Assembly (NCBI GenBank): GCA_040285745.1
Contig: JAUFOR010000004.1
Coordinates: 496,001-560,000, forward strand
Source: Barthelona sp. PCE
Lineage: Eukaryota
Reading direction: 5' to 3'
Length of the DNA: 64,000 bases
Shown here: positions 31,473 through 42,041 of the stretch, in pieces
Layout: the number at the start of each line of letters is the position of its first letter
Position numbering within the stretch: position 1 is the stretch's first letter
Position numbers and translations under genes: made by a program
Notes under the pieces: model-generated
Databases searched by the model: none
Told to the model about the DNA's origin: nothing
Seen by the model: the letters and a program-made list of their open reading frames with translations, nothing else

Positions 31473-33308
31473 TTATTTATAACAGCCAAACGAGGATACT
31501 ACTGATGATATGCTGCACTGTGAGATGAAATCATATGATTCAACAACAATTTTTTCAACACTATATGAAACAACACCATCTCTACTATTTTCTGTTGTTA
31601 ATACCTTCATTTCAAACTGAAGGAAGTCTTGCAGTATTCTATAAGAGATTGCAACATTCGGAGCAGGCGAATACATTCTTCTCATTTCATGGTTTAGCAA
31701 AAATGAACTAACATCTGAATCAAAATCAAAAATTTTGCCACCACAAACAAAAACTCCCTCTCTAATGAAGCATGGGTCACAGTTCCTTGCAAATTGAACC
31801 TCTTCCACCAAGAAAGACCTTCTCCCATCATGCCTCACAAAAAAGCTACCTTCTCTACTCATGACAATACATTCATCATGACAGTAATGGTTTTGTATGA
31901 GTTTGGATATGGTAACGTCAAAGGATTGTTTGACAGTCTTCGAAATTCTCCCAGATTCGTTCAATATTAGCATTGTTAACTTGTTCTCATTAATTGGGGC
32001 CCAAATATTATTTCCAGCAAGGAGCGGCTTACCCGAAAACTCCTTATTGTACTTAGCTCCGTTAATAACAATATTATAATCGAAATTTCCGTAATATACC
32101 AAGTGATGACATTCATTAAACACTATACTATAATCATCAGGAACTTCCTGAGGTAGATCAAAGGATTTAGACTCCACACCATCAATGTAAAGACGTATCG
32201 TGCACTCCTCCTCTGTTGCATGACCTATCCTCCACTGTGTGTCAAAAAACCCACACACGCTGATCAAACACTGTGTGAAATAGTCTGTTGAAGGATTAAA
32301 CAACGTGACTGATCTGTTAAGATAATCAAAAATCATTGGCATCTCCTTAAATTCGTCACTATATGAAGGTTGAAAAGATAACTTTGCTGTTCCCAAAACA
32401 AACTGATATACTCCCTCTTTTCTCATCATTTGATAGAAATGCGACTGTCCGTCTTCAGAGCTGTACTCTGTGCAGTGAACTACACCGTCTAGTAGAACGT
32501 AGTTCCAACTATCAGAAAAAACATCATGAAATTCATTGCGAAGTAAACATGGATGGGGAACAATCGCGTTAGCAATGTGCGCATACTCCAGTGAATCGTG
32601 AAAGTTGTAAGGAAGCTCATACAGTAATCGATTATTTGTTAAAAATTCGCTATCAACTGTGCATGAAAAATAACCATCATCTTGTGCGATCACAAATCTA
32701 TTATTACTCGGTGTGCAGTCCACAGCGTGCACTTTGATGTCCTTCAGAGGATGGTTTTCGATGAGACTTGGCATATTTCCATCACTGAATGATACCATCT
32801 TTATGACACTGACATCATAGTGCTTCTCTAAAATATATACAACATCATCCTGAACAACATAATGTATCGAATCCTGGCTGTCCGTGTAGTAATCAACAAA
32901 CCTTTGATCTGATAAATTTAAAAAAGTTATGTTTCTTCTTCCGTCAACCATTCTGTTACATACTATAAATTCTCTATTTAAGAGGAATAACTCTGTTAAT
33001 GGGCATTGAAAGGGGATTTCATAGCTTTTGATACTTCCAAAAGCTCCTTCACAGAACTGAAACAACTCAATTTTGATAAAATCGCCAGCATGTAAAGAAC
33101 GGTAAAAAACTGAACATTCTAACAGGGTTGGTTTCAACATACTCCACTTGCCCGTGGAATCGTCAACAATAGAAGGACCTGCAATGTGAAATCTTTCGTC
33201 TTTGATCACTTCACAAAAATGTTTCAAATTTAAAGCCCCTTCAGAACTGCTTACAAGCACCTTATCCCCAAATTCCCTTATAAAAAAGTCTTTGCTTGCA
33301 GTTGACAT
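31473..33308 (-). CDS. Hypothetical beta-strand-rich (propeller-like) protein
   Basis: 611-aa ORF with ATG start; no recognised motif. Confidence 0.75.
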   Translation of the reverse strand: MSTASKDFFIREFGDKVLVSSSEGALNLKHFCEVIKDERFHIAGPSIVDDSTGKWSMLKPTLLECSVFYRSLHAGDFIKIELFQFCEGAFGSIKSYEIPFQCPLTELFLLNREFIVCNRMVDGRRNITFLNLSDQRFVDYYTDSQDSIHYVVQDDVVYILEKHYDVSVIKMVSFSDGNMPSLIENHPLKDIKVHAVDCTPSNNRFVIAQDDGYFSCTVDSEFLTNNRLLYELPYNFHDSLEYAHIANAIVPHPCLLRNEFHDVFSDSWNYVLLDGVVHCTEYSSEDGQSHFYQMMRKEGVYQFVLGTAKLSFQPSYSDEFKEMPMIFDYLNRSVTLFNPSTDYFTQCLISVCGFFDTQWRIGHATEEECTIRLYIDGVESKSFDLPQEVPDDYSIVFNECHHLVYYGNFDYNIVINGAKYNKEFSGKPLLAGNNIWAPINENKLTMLILNESGRISKTVKQSFDVTISKLIQNHYCHDECIVMSREGSFFVRHDGRRSFLVEEVQFARNCDPCFIREGVFVCGGKIFDFDSDVSSFLLNHEMRRMYSPAPNVAISYRILQDFLQFEMKVLTTENSRDGVVSYSVEKIVVESYDFISQCSISSVVSSFGCYK

Positions 33309-33437
33309 CTTCTGATAGAAAAAAGACCTGGCTGAAAAAAATGATGAATATCAAATCAATGAAGGACAAAAAATTTATTCAAAATAGCGCATTGTTCATC
33401 CAAATATGAGAATCGGCACTAAATTATATGTGTTAGA

Positions 33438-34676
33438 CTAGTGCACGTGTGTTGTGTGTTCGTCAACACCAACAAAAAACTGTATAACACCAAACCTTCC
33501 ATTCACTCTCCAATTCACATCCTTCTGCTCTGCTCTATGTGCAACATCCTTTTCGACGCCCACCAGAACATCACTTTTCAAAGTACGAAGAGCAAGAGAA
33601 GGAAGATGCTTGGGGAAAGCAGAAACAGACATGTCTATTGGGTAATCGCGATCGTACACCAATCGCCTATAGTTGAGGTCTCCCTTGAATATTGCTGTAT
33701 CCCCTGATACGATCCTGTTGAGTAAATGCTCTTTTCGAATGTAATCAGTGGGATTGTTAAAAAAATAGTCTCCTTTGTACGTTATCACTCCTGATTTTGC
33801 ATGTTTATCATACATATCGTACACATTGGGAAACTCACGCTGTAGCATATGCAAGAAGATGGGTACATCATCAACGGTTACATCCGAAACAAACGTCGGA
33901 AATGCTTTAACGCAAAACTCTACGGAATCAACGAATCCAAGCTCAATAACACATAGAGCGAGGAGCACATCAGCGTAGAACTCGACACCGCAGTTGTCAC
34001 AAACGATACTTAGCACTGAACATCCATGGAGTAAATGCTCTATAAAAGGTATTGCATCGTTACACAACAATAATTCTTCATCAAATACGGATGCCGACAG
34101 ATTGCTGTGCAGAAAATTTGTTTGGCTTAAGTCGATACAGTTACCACTTAGAGAGAAAAAAAGAAATGACTGTACCAATATCTTTTTCTCTATTATGCTG
34201 AGGTTTGATGATCCTATCTCAAGTGCGTGAAACAGTGAGAGGTTTGCCTCCTTGTTCGAAACCACTGCGTCCCATGCTACCATCTTTTTATCAATAAATG
34301 GATCAACCCCAGTAAAAAAAAAATTGCTGTACTTCATCATAGCAATGTAGAGATAAAATTCGGCAATAAGGTAGTTGCACTTCTCGATGAAATCACGGTT
34401 CGTCTCAATGCCAGATTCAAACTTCAAAATACGCTCATCTTCCAAACTGTCGTAGCAAGCATCAGCATATGGTACTCCCCACTTCGAGAACTCACTACGC
34501 GTTGGGAATTTCTCGGCTGCAAATGTGTTGTAGCTGCAGCTACAATGTTCATCAAAGATCTTACAGACTCGGTTAGTCAAGCAGTCATAAGCCCAATCTG
34601 TGGTGCTACGAAGAGCAAACAGCTCGTCATATACGTCCTGCTCACAGGATATTCCAGTCCCCAACTCGTTATCCAT
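33438..34676 (-). CDS. ARMT1: DUF89/ARMT1-family damage-control phosphatase
   Basis: DPF..KK, SGNCIDLS, DNCGVE, VKAFPTFVSDVT, FKGDLNYRRL, LRTLKSD, GRFGVIQF. Confidence 0.9.
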   Translation of the reverse strand: MDNELGTGISCEQDVYDELFALRSTTDWAYDCLTNRVCKIFDEHCSCSYNTFAAEKFPTRSEFSKWGVPYADACYDSLEDERILKFESGIETNRDFIEKCNYLIAEFYLYIAMMKYSNFFFTGVDPFIDKKMVAWDAVVSNKEANLSLFHALEIGSSNLSIIEKKILVQSFLFFSLSGNCIDLSQTNFLHSNLSASVFDEELLLCNDAIPFIEHLLHGCSVLSIVCDNCGVEFYADVLLALCVIELGFVDSVEFCVKAFPTFVSDVTVDDVPIFLHMLQREFPNVYDMYDKHAKSGVITYKGDYFFNNPTDYIRKEHLLNRIVSGDTAIFKGDLNYRRLVYDRDYPIDMSVSAFPKHLPSLALRTLKSDVLVGVEKDVAHRAEQKDVNWRVNGRFGVIQFFVGVDEHTTHVH

Positions 34677-34989
34677 TATATTGGAAAAAACAGCTTCATA
34701 TCCTATTTACAGCCTCATCTCTCCAATAAATTACCATATTTCAACACAAATCGTCACATTAACGAGTCAAAAATGCATAAATAATAAAAGAGCATAAAAA
34801 AGGCTAAACCATTTATCAACTCCAAGAATATGATTTTTAAACAACGGAATCTGTACATATCTGTACAAACTAGCCTAGGAACGCGTTACAAAAGTTCTTA
34901 TTGGTGAGCAATTTTTACTCTCATTTACTTATCCGTTTTAACAAATCTTACTGTTATCCTAAACATCACCCAGTTACCCAACACCAAAC

Positions 34990-35424
34990 ATGTCCCCACT
35001 CGAAACACTCATCGGCCCCAGCCTGCAAGACGCAAACCATGTCAATCATCCAACATCATCTATCCTTAAAAATGCCAAAGCAATTGCTTTATACTTCAGT
35101 AGTTCCAGCTGTCCCCCATGTCGCCAATTTTCACACCAGATTCTTGCTCCTTATCTACCCAACAAGGATTCTGAATTTGAAGTTGTCCTTGTTCCCTTTG
35201 ATTGGAGCGCTAAAGACAGTCAAGCGTACATGAAAGAAGTCGGTATGGAACTTGCTATCCCCTATCACAGCGAATTGAAACAAACTCTGATGGAAAAATA
35301 TCATGTTAGAGGTATTCCTACTGTTGTTGTGCTTGATTCTCAGGGTACTACATTATCTCAAAACGCCCGTATGGAAATGATGAACGATATATCAGGATCG
35401 GTTGCCAGATATGTTGGCAAATAA
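34990..35424 (+). CDS. Nucleoredoxin/tryparedoxin-like thioredoxin
   Basis: ALYFSSSSCPPCRQFS, FEVVLV, LAIPY, YHVRGIPTVVVLD. Confidence 0.9.
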   Translation: MSPLETLIGPSLQDANHVNHPTSSILKNAKAIALYFSSSSCPPCRQFSHQILAPYLPNKDSEFEVVLVPFDWSAKDSQAYMKEVGMELAIPYHSELKQTLMEKYHVRGIPTVVVLDSQGTTLSQNARMEMMNDISGSVARYVGK

Positions 35425-35729
35425 TTGTAATACACAAAATTGCCCAATGTATTTAAAACAGCCTTTTTGCAATAGATCATGAATTTCTCGGCACCACTGG
35501 TGCATATGACACAAGACGAAAAGTCGTTGTAAAATAAAATAAGAGTTTAAAAAATTGTAACAGTTTATTCATCTGTATTCCAACATAATCATGTACTGCT
35601 TCCAGTGTAAAATAACACTTGTCACAATGTTCAAATGCTGAAAAAGCTGTAAAGCAGCGGAACGAGGAACCCTGTCCTCATATTTCGATATCGCATTTTC
35701 AACTCTTTTCCAACATAGAGAACGTTAAA

Positions 35730-36072
35730 ATGGAAGTTGAACCTGAAATAGAACATCAAATCGATGAAATTCCCGATGAATCTGAGAAAAACGATCTTGA
35801 GTCGCTTTTAGACTTCTCAGAGATCGAAAGCCTTGGTGTCGATACAACAATGATCATGCAGGCGATGAATAATGAGCTCCAGTATGCTATTTACAATACA
35901 AAGAATGCTAACTCCTAGAGAACCAATGACTGATCTTAACGATGATCTACAACAGTTCTTCGGGGCTGTAGGCCACATAGAACAGTACTACGCACAGCTG
36001 CTGAGCATGGATAAGCACTACAAAAACATTTTTAAACAAATGTTTGAGAATATCCCTAACAATTACAAATAA
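35730..36072 (+). CDS. Spliced small protein (exons 35730-35881 and 35919-36072), possibly KXD1/KxDL-like
   Basis: Removing intron 35882-35918 joins two track ORFs in frame: ...QAMNNELQ|EPMTDLNDDLQQFFGAVGHIEQYYAQLLSMDKHYKNIFKQMFEN. LLSMDKHYKNIFKQM resembles KXD1 LVEMKRDLDSIFRRI. The gene model is solid; the family call is weak. Confidence 0.7.
35882..35918 (+). other. 37-nt spliceosomal intron
   Basis: GTATG...GCTAACTCCTAG; removal restores the reading frame. Confidence 0.85.
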
Positions 36073-36081
36073 ACATCAACT

Positions 36082-38988
36082 TCAATAAGAATATCCTGTA
36101 TTGTACATAAATGGCGTTGGAAGCTTTGATGCACTTCCTCCATCCGGTAAGTATATCCTCTCCATGTGTACAGGTGTGAATGGGGATCTGTTCTCTCCGT
36201 AACTCTCATCAAGAAGTTTCCTAACTGCGTCATTAACCTCGTTCCTGTGCACGTGGCGCCTGGGAGATGTCCCTGGTGTCTTTAAAGGGGTGTGCTCGAA
36301 ACTCTTCCGACCTGGTGTGATTGTTTCCATCAAGACTTCTTCTAACTCTGCGTCACGTAGCTTCCTCGCTTCTTCCTGCTCGATTAGGGCATCAAGCTCT
36401 TCAAGTTCATTGTCTACTACAGCTTCCAACTCTGCCAAAATCTTCTGCTCCTCTTCTCTCTCAATAGGGTTAGTCAACATCTCTCTCGTTAATATTGCTG
36501 CTTCAGGAGACAATTCGAGGTCCCTAGTGTAAGGGTCGGCGGCTGGTGACTGCATAGACACATGTGGAGAACGAGCCTTTTCCAGATCGTCCTTGATTGC
36601 AGAAAGCGTCTTTTCAATCATATCAATTCTGTAATCTCTATGGCCCAGCTCGGTCACAATGACATCTTCGAGCTCGTTAATGCGTTCACGTTCTGGTGAT
36701 ATTAGCATCTTCTTTGCTGTTGAAATTTCTTTCTTTGGAGTGCTATGCACCTCGACCTGAACTGCTTCCTCCTTAACATGCTGGCTGTTGTCAGGCGGTG
36801 TCACCTGCACGCCCTCCGATACCTTCGGCTCCTCCTCTTTCACATCGACTTCGTTCAACAAGTCATTAACCTGCACTTCTTCATCAACTTTTTCTATTTC
36901 CTTCGGTGACTCCGCCTCTGCCTCTGAGAGATCGCTGAGGTCCGAAAGTGGCGAATCAATCTCTTCTTTAACAGGTTCTTCAACCTCCTCCTGTTGAACA
37001 ACTTCCTTATTTTGCACCTCTGGATTAACATAATCAAAGGTTATGGATTTTTCCACTATCGTCGGTCTAAATTCGTTCTCCTCTGCAACTAGAGCTTCTA
37101 CAGTCGTCGGGTCACCCACAAGATCCGTCTCTGAGTCGATGTCAAACTCGGGTTCAAAACTTTCAATCGCAAAGATAACCTTCTCAGTCAGACTCAGTGA
37201 GCGTTCAAAGCGGTTGATGTTCGGGCCCTCGTCTGCGCTGAGTGCAGGGGAGTCAGGAACCTGTACAGTTTCGTTCAGGTCATACATTACCTCGCTCGGG
37301 GACACCATACACTCCATTGGTTGCAAATTGGGACTAGAAAGCTTGAAAAAGGCCTTCTCATTATCTTCTTCTTCAACTGCAGCAACTGTATCAATGGAAG
37401 AGACTGATTCACTCTTCTTCTCAACAACTGCCTTCTTCTCGAAGATCTTATCAACATCGACATCATCAACCGGAGTCTGTATAGCTGAAATAGGATCACA
37501 GCCCTTGTCAATTCTAGTTTTAGGCTGTTCTCCAACGTTTATAATCGTCTTGAGTGAATGCCTGCGAATCTTCGCGATCTCCCTGGTGATAGCAAGATCG
37601 GTGTCGTCCCAGTCTGACTCAGAGTCACTACCGCCACCGCCTGTAGCTGGTGGATCAAGTATACTCTTGACTTTTGCCAGCGTTGAAGATGGGCGGCCGC
37701 GGACAGGTTCGTCCCGCTCCCCTTCGGGAGATACGGACCAGAAACGAGGCTCTGGGTTGGCAGGTCTGTTCAGGTCTTGTATCGCCGTCACGCTGTTTCT
37801 CCTCTTTGGACACATCAAATCCTTATGGGGGTCTATGTCCAGTTCGTCTTCGAGTAATTGGGCGACGTCCGGCTCGACAATAGGCTCAATAGGCTCAATG
37901 GGCGATTCCAACTCGACGATATGCAAATCATCATCGACTTCCAAAATAGTTGATGTTACAATACCTGCGCTGTTATCCTCGTCAACAGGATCATCAATGA
38001 CGACCTCATCGAAGGACATCTCGTCCTCCTCTCTCTGAGACATGGCCTTGAGCGACTTCAAAAGATTTCTTTTCTTCTGCTTTTGCTTCTTATACGCCTC
38101 AACCATAGCATCTCTTTCAGCATCAATCGCATCAAGGCGGGCAAGCATAGCGTTATACTTTTCCCTGTTGCGTGACCTCGTTTCGTTGAATGTACTTCTA
38201 ATATCATCAATAACATCAGTTTGCTCCTCTGTGACAGATACATGTCTTGCCAATGATGTTGGGGAGAGATGTTGAGTTGGTTCCTCGATCTTGACAACGT
38301 TCAGGGGCACCCTGTCGATCAAATCCCGACTTGTTTTCATGAATGTATCTTGAAGAATACACATAACAAATTCATCTATTTCAATTCCACCTTCAAACAA
38401 ATCTTCAATACTCTTCACGAGGCTGTAGTTGCGTAGGGTGTTCGTTGGGAGGCGCACCATGCGTTGCAGCAACTCGAAATCAAGGGGATGTAAGAATGAA
38501 TGAGGCTCGCAGTGATTTTTCAATAAAGTCATTCTATAGAGAATAGCTTCCTCAATAGGTGTGATCTCCTCAGCATCCTTATGCAGGAGATGCTGGTACT
38601 TTTGCACGATTCTCTCAAAGAGCGATAAGGGAGCTTCAACAATAACCTCATCGAATGAATCGTCGAATTTTTGTAGTTGAACATCATCAAGCACTATTAT
38701 AGGAGATACATGCTCTTCTGAGATGTCTGACACATCATCAATGTCCGAAATAGGCTCTTCGGGCAAGTCGAAAGTTACTTTTGGTGATTCAACAACAATT
38801 TCCTCTTCCTCTGGTTGTTGTTCAGCTGGCTTCGGCTCCTCTTTGGCTACTGGTGAGGCAGAACGCGATGAAATCTCTTCCTTCTGCAAGCGTTCAAACT
38901 CGCTCAGTTTTCTTAAAACAAGATGCGTCAGCTGCGCCAGAACGTACGTCACTACCGCAAATACGATAAGTTTAACTAAGCGCCACAT
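36082..38988 (-). CDS. Acidic, largely low-complexity protein with an N-terminal hydrophobic anchor/signal
   Basis: 968-aa ORF; MWRLVKLIVFAVVTYVLAQL, then an E/D/S/P-rich body with many SP/TP sites and short coiled coils. Confidence 0.8.
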   Translation of the reverse strand: MWRLVKLIVFAVVTYVLAQLTHLVLRKLSEFERLQKEEISSRSASPVAKEEPKPAEQQPEEEEIVVESPKVTFDLPEEPISDIDDVSDISEEHVSPIIVLDDVQLQKFDDSFDEVIVEAPLSLFERIVQKYQHLLHKDAEEITPIEEAILYRMTLLKNHCEPHSFLHPLDFELLQRMVRLPTNTLRNYSLVKSIEDLFEGGIEIDEFVMCILQDTFMKTSRDLIDRVPLNVVKIEEPTQHLSPTSLARHVSVTEEQTDVIDDIRSTFNETRSRNREKYNAMLARLDAIDAERDAMVEAYKKQKQKKRNLLKSLKAMSQREEDEMSFDEVVIDDPVDEDNSAGIVTSTILEVDDDLHIVELESPIEPIEPIVEPDVAQLLEDELDIDPHKDLMCPKRRNSVTAIQDLNRPANPEPRFWSVSPEGERDEPVRGRPSSTLAKVKSILDPPATGGGGSDSESDWDDTDLAITREIAKIRRHSLKTIINVGEQPKTRIDKGCDPISAIQTPVDDVDVDKIFEKKAVVEKKSESVSSIDTVAAVEEEDNEKAFFKLSSPNLQPMECMVSPSEVMYDLNETVQVPDSPALSADEGPNINRFERSLSLTEKVIFAIESFEPEFDIDSETDLVGDPTTVEALVAEENEFRPTIVEKSITFDYVNPEVQNKEVVQQEEVEEPVKEEIDSPLSDLSDLSEAEAESPKEIEKVDEEVQVNDLLNEVDVKEEEPKVSEGVQVTPPDNSQHVKEEAVQVEVHSTPKKEISTAKKMLISPERERINELEDVIVTELGHRDYRIDMIEKTLSAIKDDLEKARSPHVSMQSPAADPYTRDLELSPEAAILTREMLTNPIEREEEQKILAELEAVVDNELEELDALIEQEEARKLRDAELEEVLMETITPGRKSFEHTPLKTPGTSPRRHVHRNEVNDAVRKLLDESYGENRSPFTPVHMERIYLPDGGSASKLPTPFMYNTGYSY

Positions 38989-39047
38989 GAAAAAGAATGA
39001 ATAAGATAAAACATTTTCTTGGAAAAAAAATGTATCATTTTTACACG

Positions 39048-41468
39048 CTATAGACCGATTTTCCTTGCATATTTGATTGCTCGGGACTCGTAAGACGATG
39101 CCCTGCGACCTCTTCTTTGTGTTCTTGGCTCTGCCCGGGTTGAATTTGGCTGCGAATTGGCATAATCCATCGTGTCTAGCATAGATATCGATGGACTGAG
39201 CATGGGGGTGCCCAGGTTTGGTGAATCAAAGCCACCAGGAATACCAGGTTCTTCCTCAGCTAGATCTTCAAGAGATCTTTTTAAATGAGAATTCTTTGCT
39301 GCAACACGCCCCTTTGCTCTTGACGACAACGTCTTGAGTTTCCGCTGCAGCTGGGCGTTGACCCTCTGCAGATGGTGCACCTGTGCTTCTGTCCCGTCGG
39401 TTGGGGTGTCCGGCTTACTCCTTTGTGTCATTGCGTCAACCGCCTGCTGCATCAACATCTCCTTCCGCCTCCTGTTCGTGATCATGCTCACCTCCTCCTC
39501 GTATGATATGGGATCGGGGAGCTGCGACATTCTTCGTTGGCCTGGTGACGATCCAACTGAGGAAAACCTCCTATTCTCTCTTACTTTATCCAATGAAGAG
39601 GCAGAGTTCGGGGCGTTCCGGTCACGGTACTGTCTGTGATGGCGTTCTGGTTGATCAAATACAAGTGAAGAATGTGTACCGTGATTCTTTCTTGGTTTAT
39701 GGCGTTGTACTGAATTTGAACCGTATGCAGCTGATTCGTACTCCTCATACTCCTCATCGTCAAAGAAATCATCTTCTTGGTCGTCCAAATGGAACTTCCG
39801 AGACGATCGCACTGTTGGCCTCCGTTTACCGTTACTACTTCCGCTCTTACTGACGCTTCCACTTCCATTTCCGCTTCTTGAGCTATTTCCACTTCTTACA
39901 ATCGACCCACTATTCTTTTTGTGTGAATTAGGCGTTCGTGAGTTTGGAGTTCGTGTTTTCGGTGTCCTCCCCTTTTGTGGAGAAAATACATCTGTTTCCT
40001 GCGTTGAGTGCGACGGCGTCCGCCTCTCGCGTGCTGTGTGGTTGCTCTTCAAGTGATTCAGCTCAGTCTTGAAGGATTTGAGCTGCTTCTTAAGACGAGC
40101 AATGATTTTATCCTTGGGGTCCAGGAAATTCTTCTGTAGTTCGGTGGTGATCTTCTGCGCCTTGGCTGCATATCGCAGCGTCGATAGCGATTCCTCCACA
40201 AACGAAGATGCTGGCGAAAGACATGCCAGCATTAATACCAATGAATCACGCCCGATTAGAGAGTCGGACAGTAACTTGGTCAGCACAGAGTCGCGCACAG
40301 GAGGCAAATCCTTCGACTTGCTGGATAAAAACGATATGACACGACCTAATATATGCAGTGACTTGTTGATGTTTAGTGTTTCCGTCTGCGTAACTCCCTT
40401 GGACTTTGTCGTTTTCAGACGCTCTGAGCCTGCCAGATCACACAAGACAAGCTTAGATGTCATCTTCGGCTGGTCATCATGCTGCAACGTTAGGTTGATC
40501 GTGAAAATCATGTGAGATCGTGAACTGTCTGTGTTCAGCTCGTGGCACGCCGTCCGCCTATTTGAAATTGCAATATCAATTGCTTCCATGAGCTCTCGAG
40601 CGTGGTTGCACTGGAATGTAATTGCGTTTTCTGCAATAAATGTGTGCTGGTCAGTTTGCCGTATCCGTAAGCGGACGTCTGGGTCGACGTTCAACAGATC
40701 CATACATTGCTCATTATACACTTCCAAAGCTTGGACAGAAATCGCAACCTTTTTTAGTTGGCCAGATGGATCTCTTAACATACGGTTAAGCTCCACAAAG
40801 AGGTCTCTTGATAGGCGGGGGATCAGGCCCTCCATCTCGTTCTCCTCCAGCATGTTCCGAGATGCGTCATACAATCCCTCTTGCCCAGCCATCGTGTGCG
40901 TCTTTCCGGAACCGGTCATACCATATGCGAAAACACAACCGTTATAACCCCGCAGAAGCTGCGTGAGTACGCGACGAACACCAGAATCATAGTAAATGTC
41001 TTGCTGGGTTGCCTCTGGACCAAAGCAACTGTGAAATGTATACGAACGAGTCGAACCATCATGACATTCAACTGCAATGGAAGTAGGCTTCACGGATATA
41101 CAGGACCGCTCCCGCTTCTTTGTCTCATGGCTCAGAAGTGGTCGTATACGAGCTACAACTCGATAACTTTTCCAATTGTCTGCATTATACGGTTCTTCTT
41201 GTTCCTCTGGGATCCCTGGCTGCCTGGGAGTCTCTTCCTCCTCAAGTTTCGGCTGATAACCGGGTAAGGATAGATCATTTTCTGAAAGTCGTTCTGTGTG
41301 TCCACGGTTCGTGTTTGAGCGGTGTGAGTATGATGATTTGGCAGCGTGTGACGCTCTACGCTTTGGTTTTCTGGATTTTGGTGATAGCTTTTGTTGTACA
41401 GGGATATTTATCGCGTGAGACGGTGCTGTGTTGTGTCTCTGTCGTCTCCTGCCCCGAATTCTGTTCAT
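39048..41468 (-). CDS. KIF12: Kinesin motor, KIF12 (kinesin-16)-like
   Basis: RVVARIRP, FAYGMTGSGKTHT, NTDSSRSH, DLAGSER, RDSVLTKLLSDSL, MLACLSP, ESLSTLRYA; first ATG at 41468. The subfamily call is less certain than the kinesin call. Confidence 0.85.
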   Translation of the reverse strand: MNRIRGRRRQRHNTAPSHAINIPVQQKLSPKSRKPKRRASHAAKSSYSHRSNTNRGHTERLSENDLSLPGYQPKLEEEETPRQPGIPEEQEEPYNADNWKSYRVVARIRPLLSHETKKRERSCISVKPTSIAVECHDGSTRSYTFHSCFGPEATQQDIYYDSGVRRVLTQLLRGYNGCVFAYGMTGSGKTHTMAGQEGLYDASRNMLEENEMEGLIPRLSRDLFVELNRMLRDPSGQLKKVAISVQALEVYNEQCMDLLNVDPDVRLRIRQTDQHTFIAENAITFQCNHARELMEAIDIAISNRRTACHELNTDSSRSHMIFTINLTLQHDDQPKMTSKLVLCDLAGSERLKTTKSKGVTQTETLNINKSLHILGRVISFLSSKSKDLPPVRDSVLTKLLSDSLIGRDSLVLMLACLSPASSFVEESLSTLRYAAKAQKITTELQKNFLDPKDKIIARLKKQLKSFKTELNHLKSNHTARERRTPSHSTQETDVFSPQKGRTPKTRTPNSRTPNSHKKNSGSIVRSGNSSRSGNGSGSVSKSGSSNGKRRPTVRSSRKFHLDDQEDDFFDDEEYEEYESAAYGSNSVQRHKPRKNHGTHSSLVFDQPERHHRQYRDRNAPNSASSLDKVRENRRFSSVGSSPGQRRMSQLPDPISYEEEVSMITNRRRKEMLMQQAVDAMTQRSKPDTPTDGTEAQVHHLQRVNAQLQRKLKTLSSRAKGRVAAKNSHLKRSLEDLAEEEPGIPGGFDSPNLGTPMLSPSISMLDTMDYANSQPNSTRAEPRTQRRGRRASSYESRAIKYARKIGL

Positions 41469-42041
41469 ATGCTTCAATTACACAATTAAATTTTCATTAA
41501 TGCGAGCAGAAAGAGGTGGATTTAATATAGCAATTCAATCTAATGTTTCAACGATATTCCGTTGGTGGACGGTGCTGAAGATCCATAAAACGGATTTCAA
41601 TACCTCATAGATTTCTTGAAACTCTCACCATGCAAATAAAAGCTGAATTCTTCAATAATGATCCACTCTAAACTTAAGCAGTATTTAGCATATAAAAAGC
41701 ACATTTAACACCTGGTTATTTCAATTACTGAAGCATAAAGTAGATGTACGACAAAAAAGGAACAAACTTCACATTGGATAGTACTGTTCATGTTATTTAC
41801 TAAATTTGTGGATGTTTCATCTGATTTGCCTAAGTTCCTGTATTCTAAATATTGTTGAATGATATCTATTAAACAACAGCTTTCAATATGAATATATGGA
41901 GAAAACACCCATCATACACTGCGTGTTGAAGTGCATTAGCGGTAAAAAATCGCTTGGGACTCACAATATATTGAATTCTTGCCATTTTCAAATACTGCCT
42001 CCTTTTCAAAGCATTTTTCGCTTTACAAACATTACAACGGC

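Noticed and set aside
35487-35535. SECIS-like hairpins downstream of the thioredoxin gene
   Set aside because: The gene has no in-frame TGA, the stem is too short and there is no GA quartet
37043-38038. 331-aa + strand ORF
   Set aside because: Ser-rich antisense shadow of the acidic 968-aa gene; the same applies to most short track ORFs nested in long genes
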